A stretch of 50,445 nt of DNA from a virus (Duplodnaviria > Caudoviricetes). The notes below the pieces were generated by a model, which searched no databases, was not told where the DNA came from, and saw nothing but the letters and a program-made list of their open reading frames with translations. Below are positions 8,571-17,226 of the stretch, in pieces (positions within the stretch are counted from its first letter, which is position 1; every line of letters begins with the position of its first letter). Position numbers and translations under genes: made by a program. The DNA lies in the IMG/VR virus record IMGVR_UViG_3300037258_000061, positions 1-50,445 of that record; one strand, given 5' to 3'.

Positions 8571-10451
8571 CTAGTTTTGAATCCCCTGCATAGCTCTCTG
8601 GAAGTTAAGAGCACGCTGCTGAAATGCTGCAGCCATTTCTTTATCTGAAACCGCATTAAACTTCCAGACTTGAGGCCCATAACCAAGCGTGTCCAGAACA
8701 TCTATCAAACCGTTTTTGTTTCCGTAAGCTTCATACTCTTCAAGGAAGATTCTGGAAGAGTTATCGTCACTGCGCACAAAGAACTGCCCGCGATTGTAAA
8801 TAGGTTGCATTGACTCAATGCGAGTTTTCTTAGCATCCTCTTTATTGTCATACTTTAAATCCTTGATCTTGATATGCTGAATCTCGGGCATCTTTTCAGC
8901 ATTTACTTTTTTGAAGTATTCAAGGTGGTATTTGAGATATTTCTGTGCACCAACTGTTTCAAGCCAGATTTCGTTGAGTCTCCACTGGACTGCTTTACGA
9001 AACATGACATCGACGAACTCTGCAGGATCGGTTGACTTTGCCCACACGTCAAGTAGGTAGATAAAATTAGTTGATTGGTTGACCCCGGTAACAGTGATAG
9101 CATGTCTGCAACGACCTTTTTTGCCTGAGTGATTCGGATCAACTATCATGTACCGATCAAGTGTAGTTGGATATACATCTTTCTTGACCGGCATCCCTTC
9201 TTTAACTTCGTGCTTAATAATTACACGATAGGTCTTCTGAAGAGTTGATGCAACTTCCCTCGTCGGTCCAACTAAATGATGGTGAGGAAGAACTCCACCT
9301 GTCTGCGCGCTATAGTCTTTCTCGAAGTGGAAGTGCCCAAGGTCTTTAACTTCAAACTTACATAGCTCGGGATTGATAGGAAAGTTAAGGAACTGACACG
9401 AGAATAGATACGGTCCAAGTCTTTTTTTCCAGCGAGCAAGTTTCTCAACTGTGAAAGCTTCAGGGAAGATAGGTGTGCCATAAGGATGTAAGTCGCAACA
9501 TCCTCCCAACGCGGAATGGGTAATAAACTTAAAGTAGGGTTCATTCTCTCGAACCCAACTGTTAAGGTCTTTGAAGCTCCATCTGTTTCCGACGATGATT
9601 TCATTGTTATCTCTTCCACCGTTTCCTGCATGACTATCAAATGCTCCTACAAGAAGTCTGTGATAGTCAATCGTATCATTCATTACAACTTCAGATTTTA
9701 AAGCTTTCCGTCCAACCAGATCATCTTGAACAACATCATCGTAATGCCTAGATTGAAGAGCAGCGCCAACGCCAATAAGATCAAAAGTCCCTTCGCCGTG
9801 CTGCCTGCCTTTCGCAGTTCGTTTCTGATGAAGAGACTCGTTAGTCCAGGTACATGATGCGTCAGGAATAATTTCGGGGAAGATATACTTGAAGAGATCG
9901 TTTGATTCGTAGTGGTTTTTGAGTTTAGTCCCAAGCTTAATAGCATTGTTTTGAGTCTCCGATGCGAGCAATACACGCACATCTTGATCGTGTGCGCGAT
10001 GCATCCAAGCTATAAATGTATCTCCGTAGCCCAACTTTCTCATCAACTCTTCATCTTTTTCTAAGAATGGAAGAGCCCTAAATATGGGAAATGCCTGGCT
10101 AAAGATTGTAGATTTATAGTGGTCGCGGGGGATTTCAATACATTCTTTAAGCCCATCCTTCATCACGCAGGCGCACATATTAAAGTGCAAGTTCTTCGTG
10201 ATATCTGGATTTGTTTGAAGCCGATCAAAACCTAAAACGTATCGTGCGAGATAAAAGAGATTTGCTAGACAGTTGAGTCGAATAGCAACTCGCTTCGATT
10301 CTCCTGTCAAATCTTGCGTGCGAAGAATTGTCCAGCTATTGATGATTTCTTGTGAAACATAAACTCCACCAAGTTCATCGACGTAGTAATCTTGATGACG
10401 ATTTGCTTCGTCTATAACAGCTTCGATTACGCGCTGGTCAAGTATCTCCAA
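8571..10451 (-). CDS. terL: Terminase large subunit
   Basis: Walker A variant IPRDHYKST, Walker B VVQDDLVG, coupling motif IVGNRW, nuclease motifs IVDP, WLETVG and DVLDTLGY. Confidence 0.93.
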   Translation of the reverse strand: MEILDQRVIEAVIDEANRHQDYYVDELGGVYVSQEIINSWTILRTQDLTGESKRVAIRLNCLANLFYLARYVLGFDRLQTNPDITKNLHFNMCACVMKDGLKECIEIPRDHYKSTIFSQAFPIFRALPFLEKDEELMRKLGYGDTFIAWMHRAHDQDVRVLLASETQNNAIKLGTKLKNHYESNDLFKYIFPEIIPDASCTWTNESLHQKRTAKGRQHGEGTFDLIGVGAALQSRHYDDVVQDDLVGRKALKSEVVMNDTIDYHRLLVGAFDSHAGNGGRDNNEIIVGNRWSFKDLNSWVRENEPYFKFITHSALGGCCDLHPYGTPIFPEAFTVEKLARWKKRLGPYLFSCQFLNFPINPELCKFEVKDLGHFHFEKDYSAQTGGVLPHHHLVGPTREVASTLQKTYRVIIKHEVKEGMPVKKDVYPTTLDRYMIVDPNHSGKKGRCRHAITVTGVNQSTNFIYLLDVWAKSTDPAEFVDVMFRKAVQWRLNEIWLETVGAQKYLKYHLEYFKKVNAEKMPEIQHIKIKDLKYDNKEDAKKTRIESMQPIYNRGQFFVRSDDNSSRIFLEEYEAYGNKNGLIDVLDTLGYGPQVWKFNAVSDKEMAAAFQQRALNFQRAMQGIQN

Positions 10452-11147
10452 TTAGTTCACTGTATGTGAATCAAAATCTTCAAGCTTGATAAATTCTTTC
10501 ATGCGCTTCTGCGCATCTTCATTACCACCTGAACTTACAAAAGCTTCAAGTGTGATAGTTTGCTCGCTACGTTTAACTTTGTTTGTAGAACCATCCTGAG
10601 CAGTCTCTTCCCTTTCGCGCTCAGATTGAGCACGCTGCAGCAATGCAAGCAAATCGTCTTCAACCTTTTCCTGTCCTGAAAAGGATGGCATCTCTTTAAC
10701 TTTGATTTCGGATTTAGAAACCTTGGTAAAGGTTCCTTCGCGGTCCATGATTTCTTTAGATGCTTCTACACCGAGCTTGATATCTTGAATAGGTGCATTG
10801 TTAACTGCACCGCGCTCTACTGCATTTCGTAGAGTTCTCAAAGCTGCTGGGAGCATCTCACGAATCTCTGCACGGATATTCTCTTCATCTACGCGCAGAC
10901 CATTCTCTAAACCAACTACAACTCCTGTTGAAAGCTCTGCACGTTTCTGCAGATATTCTGTTTGAGCTTTCATCTGATGTAGGGTGCAGAGTTTTACACC
11001 CAAGATTTTGGCTATTTCATTGTTTGTGTATTGACCAGAAGATTCTAAACGAACAGCTTGTTCCATTCGCAGGTGACGACGAAAGTAACGACCCTTGCGA
11101 GGTTTGACAGATATATTGCCCGGTTTAACTTGAGCTGCATTACTCAT
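10452..11147 (-). CDS. Putative terminase small subunit (N-terminal HTH)
   Basis: TNNEIAKILGVKLCTLHQM HTH; ASKEIMDREG motif; abuts terL. Confidence 0.75.
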   Translation of the reverse strand: MSNAAQVKPGNISVKPRKGRYFRRHLRMEQAVRLESSGQYTNNEIAKILGVKLCTLHQMKAQTEYLQKRAELSTGVVVGLENGLRVDEENIRAEIREMLPAALRTLRNAVERGAVNNAPIQDIKLGVEASKEIMDREGTFTKVSKSEIKVKEMPSFSGQEKVEDDLLALLQRAQSEREREETAQDGSTNKVKRSEQTITLEAFVSSGGNEDAQKRMKEFIKLEDFDSHTVN

Positions 11148-11386
11148 GCTGCTACCTCTGAATCAGTCTCTTTAATTACTGAACTTCCCTTAAATTTCAA
11201 ACTAGGATCATTAGGAGCCCAGTTTTTAAAATAAGAAAATAGAGCACTCAAACTTTCAGATTTAGCGATCTTTTCAGAATCAATCCGCACGTCTGCAGTT
11301 AACACATGAGGGGCTTCTGATAGTCGTGGCGTAGTCATAGTTGAGTGCTCATGAAAGTCAGTTGTTAGGGAGCTATGCCAGCTCAA
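11144..11386 (-). CDS. Hypothetical protein, first gene of the late arm
   Basis: 80 aa; 4-bp overlap with the terS start. Confidence 0.55.
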   Translation of the reverse strand: MSWHSSLTTDFHEHSTMTTPRLSEAPHVLTADVRIDSEKIAKSESLSALFSYFKNWAPNDPSLKFKGSSVIKETDSEVAA

Positions 11387-11535
11387 AGTGTGACATATAT
11401 ATAAGGTAGGCGCAAGCTATAAAAAGCCCCCTTTTTGCATTTCCGCCCCCTAAAATACGCAGCGCGCCCGCGAGAGCAGAATGCGTTACCCCGCGCGAAA
11501 CGATACAAGTGATAGTTGAATACTTGCTTGCGTTC

Positions 11536-11614
11536 ATTAAGAATAGAATTATATTAAGAATAAAATTATGTTCTTGATGCAATTAAATATAACTATGCAA
11601 TTAAATATAACTAT
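11536..11614. repeat. Two AT-rich tandem duplications
   Basis: ATTAAGAATA(G/A)AATTAT x2 (11536-11569) and ATGCAATTAAATATAACT x2 (11577-11612). Confidence 0.85.
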
Positions 11615-11850
11615 AAAAGATGCGTTACCCCAAAAGTAAATTTTGTAAAAATTTATTGTGAGCTCCCCCCGCGGAGCCCGGCGAGAAAACGTTTTTTAGA
11701 GCCTGAGCGATCCGTTACTGAGTAGTAACTATGTTAACGTTATCATCACTCATGAGTGCGCAGTGCTTGTCAATACAACTAATGATGTATTGTAGTAACC
11801 ATGCGTGTGAGTTACTATGGCTATAGTTAATCCTAACTATGAGGTTGATT

Positions 11851-11991
11851 ATGTATACATACATCCTGTCTTGGTTTGATAGCTATGGCTCTACATGCTG
11901 CGCGCTCTTCTCTCAGCAGTGGGAAGCTATGCAGCACCTATCTAATCTTATTGACATGGGCCGAGTTGTTATAGCCGTGGAGGTTGTATAG
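11851..11991 (+). CDS. Small early protein, 46 aa (not in the ORF track)
   Basis: GAGG-6nt-ATG; MYTYILSWFDSYGSTCCALFSQQWEAMQHLSNLIDMGRVVIAVEVV. Confidence 0.65.
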   Translation: MYTYILSWFDSYGSTCCALFSQQWEAMQHLSNLIDMGRVVIAVEVV

Positions 11992-12153
11992 ATGCCTACT
12001 CTCATACTGCCGGGCGTTGCTATACTTGCTCTCAGTTATCACATGGTCGCAGCTACCAAGAGCGCTCGCGCTCGCTCAGAGCGCTGTGCGTTGTATGCCT
12101 CTGCACTGCGCGCAAGTGACTTAGAACAATGGCATTCGATCGATTCAGAATGA
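11992..12153 (+). CDS. Small early membrane-anchored protein, 53 aa (not in the ORF track)
   Basis: GGAGG RBS; starts right after the previous stop; MPTLILPGVAILALSYHMVAATKSARARSERC...; followed by a terminator. Confidence 0.6.
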   Translation: MPTLILPGVAILALSYHMVAATKSARARSERCALYASALRASDLEQWHSIDSE

Positions 12154-12172
12154 TGTAACTGTAATTGATAGC

Positions 12173-12207
12173 TAACCCGCTCATTATGGGCGGGTTATCT
12201 GTTTTTC
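12173..12207 (+). terminator. Intrinsic terminator
   Basis: TAACCCGCTCA-TTA-TGGGCGGGTTA stem followed by TCTGTTTTT. Confidence 0.75.
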
Positions 12208-12519
12208 CGTGCGGTCACCCATTCTGAGAGATAGGGGGGCTATGGGGCTATGATAGTTCGCTTGTTCTTCGCTTTAGCTGATAGTTAGTGTTCTCTTAGT
12301 TATAAATTTTTTTTTTTCTTAAAGAGAACGAAAGGCGAACATCCCAAACACACCCACCCCCCTACTTTCTAGACGACGTGACCCCGCTCGAATCTACCTA
12401 AAGCCTTTATAATCTGTCACTTACCTACTCATTATGGATATAACCCATTCGACACAATTATCTTGTGCATTATCAATGGCTTGTGCTACCCTACTAGAGA
12501 TGCACCCCAGGTTATCTAT

Positions 12520-13182
12520 ATGAGCAATGAACAGACTATCAATAGCGACTTTGCTATAGTTATCGCTGCCAAGTATCGCAGTGCTCGGAACATAACAGAG
12601 TTACAGGCGCTGTTAGTCATGGCGCAGCAACTTGAAATTAGCTTGAAAGAGTTATCACCTACGCTCAGTAATCGTGCCCGCATTAAAACAATCAAGCTAC
12701 ATATACGTGAGATATCAAAGCGTATGACTAACGTTGAGCAAATGAATAACAAGAAGAATAGTGAGCGCTCGAAGTTAGTTAAGCAAGGCGAGTTTATGAA
12801 TAGTCTAGTTCAGTCTGGACTAATACCTCAGCTAGTGTCAGAATCACGTAGCGCTCGCAGTGAAGCGTTACATGATAGCAAGCAAGCAGCGCAGATAGTG
12901 CGTACTGCGAGTGTGCCAGCTATCAAGGCACAGTTTGCAGAAGTTGGTTATGATCCCACTGCGAGCAAAGAAGACCGCGAGATATGGGAGAACAAACAAT
13001 TAAAACTTAAAGAGGGATTACCTGATACAGACCTATCAGGACAAGGCGATTTTATGCTGCGTAGGATGCAGCAAGCTGAAGATGAGCGCAGCATAGAAAA
13101 ACGCGAGTTAGGTAATACGGGTTTAACTACACTCGAAGATGGTACTGATAAACTCGGCAGTGTGGAGGATTGGTTAAAATGA
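12520..13182 (+). CDS. Hypothetical early protein (helical)
   Basis: ORF 12463-13182; first ATG at 12520. Confidence 0.65.
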   Translation: MSNEQTINSDFAIVIAAKYRSARNITELQALLVMAQQLEISLKELSPTLSNRARIKTIKLHIREISKRMTNVEQMNNKKNSERSKLVKQGEFMNSLVQSGLIPQLVSESRSARSEALHDSKQAAQIVRTASVPAIKAQFAEVGYDPTASKEDREIWENKQLKLKEGLPDTDLSGQGDFMLRRMQQAEDERSIEKRELGNTGLTTLEDGTDKLGSVEDWLK

Positions 13183-13529
13183 TAATTCGTGTATGCAAAT
13201 TCTGTATCAATTGTGAAGAGCCTATATCTAGCGAGTTAGCCGATGATTTTTGCAGCGCCGAGTGCGCGGCGGAATTTATCAGCGGTGCAGATGTAGATAT
13301 ACTGGCGCGTGAGACTAACTCGAATCCTAATGCGTTGACTGTAGGCCAGCAAAGAACTATAACTGGTATGGATCAGATGATCAAAAATCAAGAGTCAAAA
13401 CACGGTATCTTACCGCCTAATAGCTTCGATGCTATTACTGCGTTGTTACAGACTAGCAGCACTCAGAGTATTAAGGATGCTGTCAAGCATTTAACTCCCA
13501 ATTCCCAGAATAAAACAGAACCGGAGTAA
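13179..13529 (+). CDS. Zinc-finger protein (TRASH/MYM-like CxxC...FCSxxC)
   Basis: CKFCINC...FCSAEC; GGAGG RBS and ATGA overlap with the upstream gene. Confidence 0.65.
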   Translation: MIIRVCKFCINCEEPISSELADDFCSAECAAEFISGADVDILARETNSNPNALTVGQQRTITGMDQMIKNQESKHGILPPNSFDAITALLQTSSTQSIKDAVKHLTPNSQNKTEPE

Positions 13530-13730
13530 TGCTCGCAGCAGTTACCTTTTGGGAGATTGCGCAGTTACGTTTGGGGGATGCCCATTTTGCTCCCATCTGT
13601 TAGGATCATGACTGGCAGCGCTCTTGCCGCTTGAGTTTGAGTTACAGTGCAGCTATCACGCTAACGTTAGCTGTCAAACCTTTCACTGAGTCACCTAACC
13701 CCGCGCATTGCGCAGAAACGAGCAACTATC

Positions 13731-14264
13731 ATGGGAACCGCCGTTGTCTCCACTGAAGTACCTGTCAAGTCTGAGAACGTTGTCTACGAGCGCTATTCTA
13801 AAGTCACGATGAGTGAGGATCAGACTAAGGTTGTCGATACTGAAGTCGCACTCCTCACTAACGCGAAGGATGACGAGCGCAAGCTGCTGACTGACAAAGG
13901 CTATAAGCTGGAGTTTACGCAGACTGTACGCGTGGACAAAGCGGGCACTTGGGACGGTTGCGCATCTATTATCAGTGACGAGGATGAACGCGTCATTGTT
14001 TGGAATCGCGGCTTGCAGTCGAAGTTGAATCAGAAGTTAAATAGCAAGTTCCGCGAGACAAACGAAGATGGAACTGCAACGTTCCAGAGCACTGAGGAAG
14101 TGTTTGACCCGTCTGAGTTGGTTAACGAAGCGACACAGCGCAAGAACCTTTCCCCGATTGAGAAAGCATTCAAGGGACTGGAGAAATCTGGCGTTAGCGC
14201 TGAAGCGATTGCAGCTGCAATGGCTGCGATTCAAGCGGCGCAAGCGGGATCACAGGGACAGTAA
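13731..14264 (+). CDS. Hypothetical protein, probably its own transcription unit
   Basis: 177 aa; 200-bp intergenic leader upstream and terminator downstream. Confidence 0.75.
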   Translation: MGTAVVSTEVPVKSENVVYERYSKVTMSEDQTKVVDTEVALLTNAKDDERKLLTDKGYKLEFTQTVRVDKAGTWDGCASIISDEDERVIVWNRGLQSKLNQKLNSKFRETNEDGTATFQSTEEVFDPSELVNEATQRKNLSPIEKAFKGLEKSGVSAEAIAAAMAAIQAAQAGSQGQ

Positions 14265-14283
14265 CACTGCACCAATTGAATAT

Positions 14284-14324
14284 CAGAGTAGAGCCCACCT
14301 AAAAAATGGGCTCTCTCTGTTTTA
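14284..14324 (+). terminator. Intrinsic terminator
   Basis: AGAGCCCA-CCTAAAAAA-TGGGCTCT stem followed by CTCTGTTTT. Confidence 0.65.
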
Positions 14325-14417
14325 TCAATCTATCAGCCTATATCATCCCGCCCGTATCATCGTGATACGAGTTGTATGTGATAGGAGTCTGGATAGATTG
14401 AGAAAGCAGAGAAGTCT

Positions 14418-15050
14418 ATGCCCCACGCATACATCCATTACTTTGTGGATTCAGTGAACGGATTAGCGAAGATACATTTCAGTGCTAGTCAGTTCAAAGC
14501 AAAAGTACATATCAAGAACAAAACCATTTTTACCTGCTGTCTCGCAGGTATGCAACAAATCCCATCGGGAGATAAAATCTGGAACCCCGATACAAAGACG
14601 TGGAATGTACACTCGCAGGTATGGATTACTCTCATGCCATACTATACTGTCGCGCCTGAAGTATACGGCATGGTGACATATGCGACGCGCGCGCAGTGGG
14701 AAGGTTTTATTACTGGCAAAGTTAACTATGATCCCTCGCAGGTATACGCAGACGGGTTTACTCGTACTGCAGTTACAGATGCGGAGAAAGCTGCGCAATT
14801 CTTTGGAACTGCCGCATTTAATAGCGCAGTGTATGCGACCGCGAGCGTTAACAATGACCGCGAGGAGTTGCTATCGTTACTCGGATTGAATAGCTGGGGT
14901 CAGCTTGATACCATTCTCAGTGATAAGAATGGCGCAGCAAAGAAGCTATATCGCAGTGCAGCTATCAAGTACCATCCCGACAAGAATAACGGTGATGGCT
15001 CAAAGATGTCGAAGCTGAATGAATTGTGGGGTATCTATGGCGCCCGCTGA
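14418..15050 (+). CDS. Protein with C-terminal DnaJ J-domain
   Basis: AKKLYRSAAIKYHPDKNNGDGSKMSKLNELW with intact HPD motif; N-terminal WNPDTKTW motif. Confidence 0.85.
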   Translation: MPHAYIHYFVDSVNGLAKIHFSASQFKAKVHIKNKTIFTCCLAGMQQIPSGDKIWNPDTKTWNVHSQVWITLMPYYTVAPEVYGMVTYATRAQWEGFITGKVNYDPSQVYADGFTRTAVTDAEKAAQFFGTAAFNSAVYATASVNNDREELLSLLGLNSWGQLDTILSDKNGAAKKLYRSAAIKYHPDKNNGDGSKMSKLNELWGIYGAR

Positions 15051-15675
15051 CGATCCAAACGCATTACTCTATACACGCTGTCAGCATACTCCTGTTGATA
15101 GTAAGAAGTATGATTGTCTAAATGAGGGCTGGATGTTTTGCACGCTCTGTCACGCATACTTCTGCGAGGATCATGCTTGCATCCATCTGGCATCGCAGGT
15201 TAACGCAGATGCAGTGCGCGAAGTGTCCTCTACTCAGCCAGGACAAACTGAGGACATGACTCCGCTGGAGTCTGAGAGCAAATCATTCTTTCGAGAATTA
15301 AGCACGTCACAGCTAGCGGATGCTGGCGACATTGCACTGCGCTCATACTTTCGTCGTTTGCTATCTGAGGCAAAGCGTATCCAACGTGAGATTGAGCGGC
15401 GGATGATCTATGCGACCGAGATGCAGGGCGGCCCAGACTATCGCCGTAAACGTCATCTATCACAGGATGAGATAGACGCAGCCCGCGATCGCGCAAAGCG
15501 TAAGCTCGATTTAACTCCACTCGGTCTACTTGAGAGGGAGCAGCGAGAGTTACGTGCGAAGGAACTGCAACGCAAGAAACAAGCTGATATACAGGCGCAC
15601 ATCGCAGTGCTCGCAGAGCAAATCAAACTCGGCAATTTAACTATTGACCAACTTAACAAGTTGGGAAAGAGATAG
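15037..15675 (+). CDS. B-box-like zinc-finger/coiled-coil protein
   Basis: CTLCHAYFCEDHACIH followed by a charged coiled coil; ORF track start 15019, ATG 15037 likelier. Confidence 0.7.
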   Translation: MAPADDPNALLYTRCQHTPVDSKKYDCLNEGWMFCTLCHAYFCEDHACIHLASQVNADAVREVSSTQPGQTEDMTPLESESKSFFRELSTSQLADAGDIALRSYFRRLLSEAKRIQREIERRMIYATEMQGGPDYRRKRHLSQDEIDAARDRAKRKLDLTPLGLLEREQRELRAKELQRKKQADIQAHIAVLAEQIKLGNLTIDQLNKLGKR

Positions 15676-15750
15676 TAGCAAGCCACCAACGGGTGGCACA
15701 TAGCACTAAATCGCTACAGCATTTTTCATATATTAAACTCGGAGAATAAA

Positions 15751-16602
15751 ATGAGCAAATCAATTGGTGGTTTCGATGGTCCTCCACGTAAGGATAGTTT
15801 CGCTGCGAAAGTTGCTCGCAGTGATAATCCTGACGCAGCCGTAGATGTTAGCGAACTAACTGAGAATGAAAAGACTCAGTTACGCAGAGCATCTGAGATT
15901 GATAAAGCCGCAGCATCATTTAGCTTTATCAAGCCTGAGTTAGCTACAGAACGTGTTGAAATTATCTTCGACAATTCTGGCTCGATGCAAGGCCAGGAGA
16001 TTAAAGATGCAAAAGAGGGCGTGACTGAGTTTATGAAAGCTTGCACGCCAAACGAAACAGCTATTAGAGTTGTGCCAGTGGATTCGACACGTTCAAGTGT
16101 AACTCTTGCATTTACGTGTGATTTGCCTGCAGTTGCTATGCGCGTGCAAGAGTTTAAAGCTGAGGGCGGTACTCCACTTTACTCTAAACTCTTGAATGCA
16201 CTTGGCAAAGGTAATCGCAATGATTTATATCCGACTCGTATCATTGCATTTTCAGATGGGCAAGCTGGAGACGGTTATGCGCGTCGTCAACACAGTTATG
16301 GCGATATTATATTAGCTGATTCTCCTACTCATACTGAAATGGTACAACTCGCAAAACAGCACAATGTGCCTATTGATACATGTTACATTGCAGATCGTAT
16401 CGCAGCCGATGAAGAACATCTGCGTCAAGATGGCGCGTATCAAACAATGAAAGCAATCGCAGAAGATACGGGCGGCATCTTTCTGGTATTTGAGAAAGGA
16501 AAATGTGATTTTAAACGTGGATTCAAATACCTTACAAAAGGCAATCGTCTTTTTCTTATGGACTCTTCTTTCAAAGCGAAGTTGGAAGCGGGACAGATTT
16601 AG
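15751..16602 (+). CDS. von Willebrand factor A (vWA) domain protein
   Basis: MIDAS DNSGSM, GGTPL, FSDG, IAEDTGG; GGAG RBS. Confidence 0.9.
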   Translation: MSKSIGGFDGPPRKDSFAAKVARSDNPDAAVDVSELTENEKTQLRRASEIDKAAASFSFIKPELATERVEIIFDNSGSMQGQEIKDAKEGVTEFMKACTPNETAIRVVPVDSTRSSVTLAFTCDLPAVAMRVQEFKAEGGTPLYSKLLNALGKGNRNDLYPTRIIAFSDGQAGDGYARRQHSYGDIILADSPTHTEMVQLAKQHNVPIDTCYIADRIAADEEHLRQDGAYQTMKAIAEDTGGIFLVFEKGKCDFKRGFKYLTKGNRLFLMDSSFKAKLEAGQI

Positions 16603-16715
16603 TTAGATAGCAGGTTGTATACTGCTATGGATGCATTCTTAGTCATTATGCGGAAATAGCGAGTAAAGGCATAGTGTTAATTACTAGTTAGAATGCATCC
16701 ATAGGAGTATACAAA

Positions 16716-16925
16716 ATGAATCCATTCTTAGCAAGCGGTCTTTTACTCATAATTAGATTCCTGATGTTCCTAGCAGCGAATCAAGTTATGCCAACTCGTG
16801 CAGATCAATACAACAAACTTGATGAGTTACTTGACGCTGCACAGCGTTATTCAACTCAACTTTCAAATCACACACTCAACGCTCACCAGATGGATGACAG
16901 CAACAGCGGAAAGCAGGTTATGTAA
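16716..16925 (+). CDS. Small protein with hydrophobic N-terminus
   Basis: 69 aa; AGGAG RBS. Confidence 0.65.
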   Translation: MNPFLASGLLLIIRFLMFLAANQVMPTRADQYNKLDELLDAAQRYSTQLSNHTLNAHQMDDSNSGKQVM

Positions 16926-17209
16926 TGGATATTGAAGATCCGCATGGCGTGACTAATATCATGCCTGCGTTAACTCAAGATCAGCGAGACTCAGAAGAAT
17001 GCGAGTTTCGTATTTTATCTTGTTCTTATATGGTGCAGATGTATGGAACACAGTTACAGATGCATCTTTCAGTTCCTTATGGACAGCGCGACAACGGCAT
17101 GGTTGACATGCTCAAGTTTAATATGAATGCAATGCAGCGTTTCGCAGTTCGCATGAACAAGCGTTACGAGTATTTGCAGAACAAAATGAAGCTTGGCAAA
17201 CTATCTTAA
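16925..17209 (+). CDS. Hypothetical protein
   Basis: 94 aa; TAATG coupling to the upstream gene. Confidence 0.65.
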   Translation: MDIEDPHGVTNIMPALTQDQRDSEECEFRILSCSYMVQMYGTQLQMHLSVPYGQRDNGMVDMLKFNMNAMQRFAVRMNKRYEYLQNKMKLGKLS

Positions 17210-17226
17210 CTGCAACTCAGGATGCT

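Noticed and set aside
11373-11582. 69-aa minus-strand ORF in the control region
   Set aside because: No RBS, spans tandem repeats and has atypical composition
11536-11614. Mini CRISPR array
   Set aside because: Repeats are directly tandem without spacers, and there are only two copies of each
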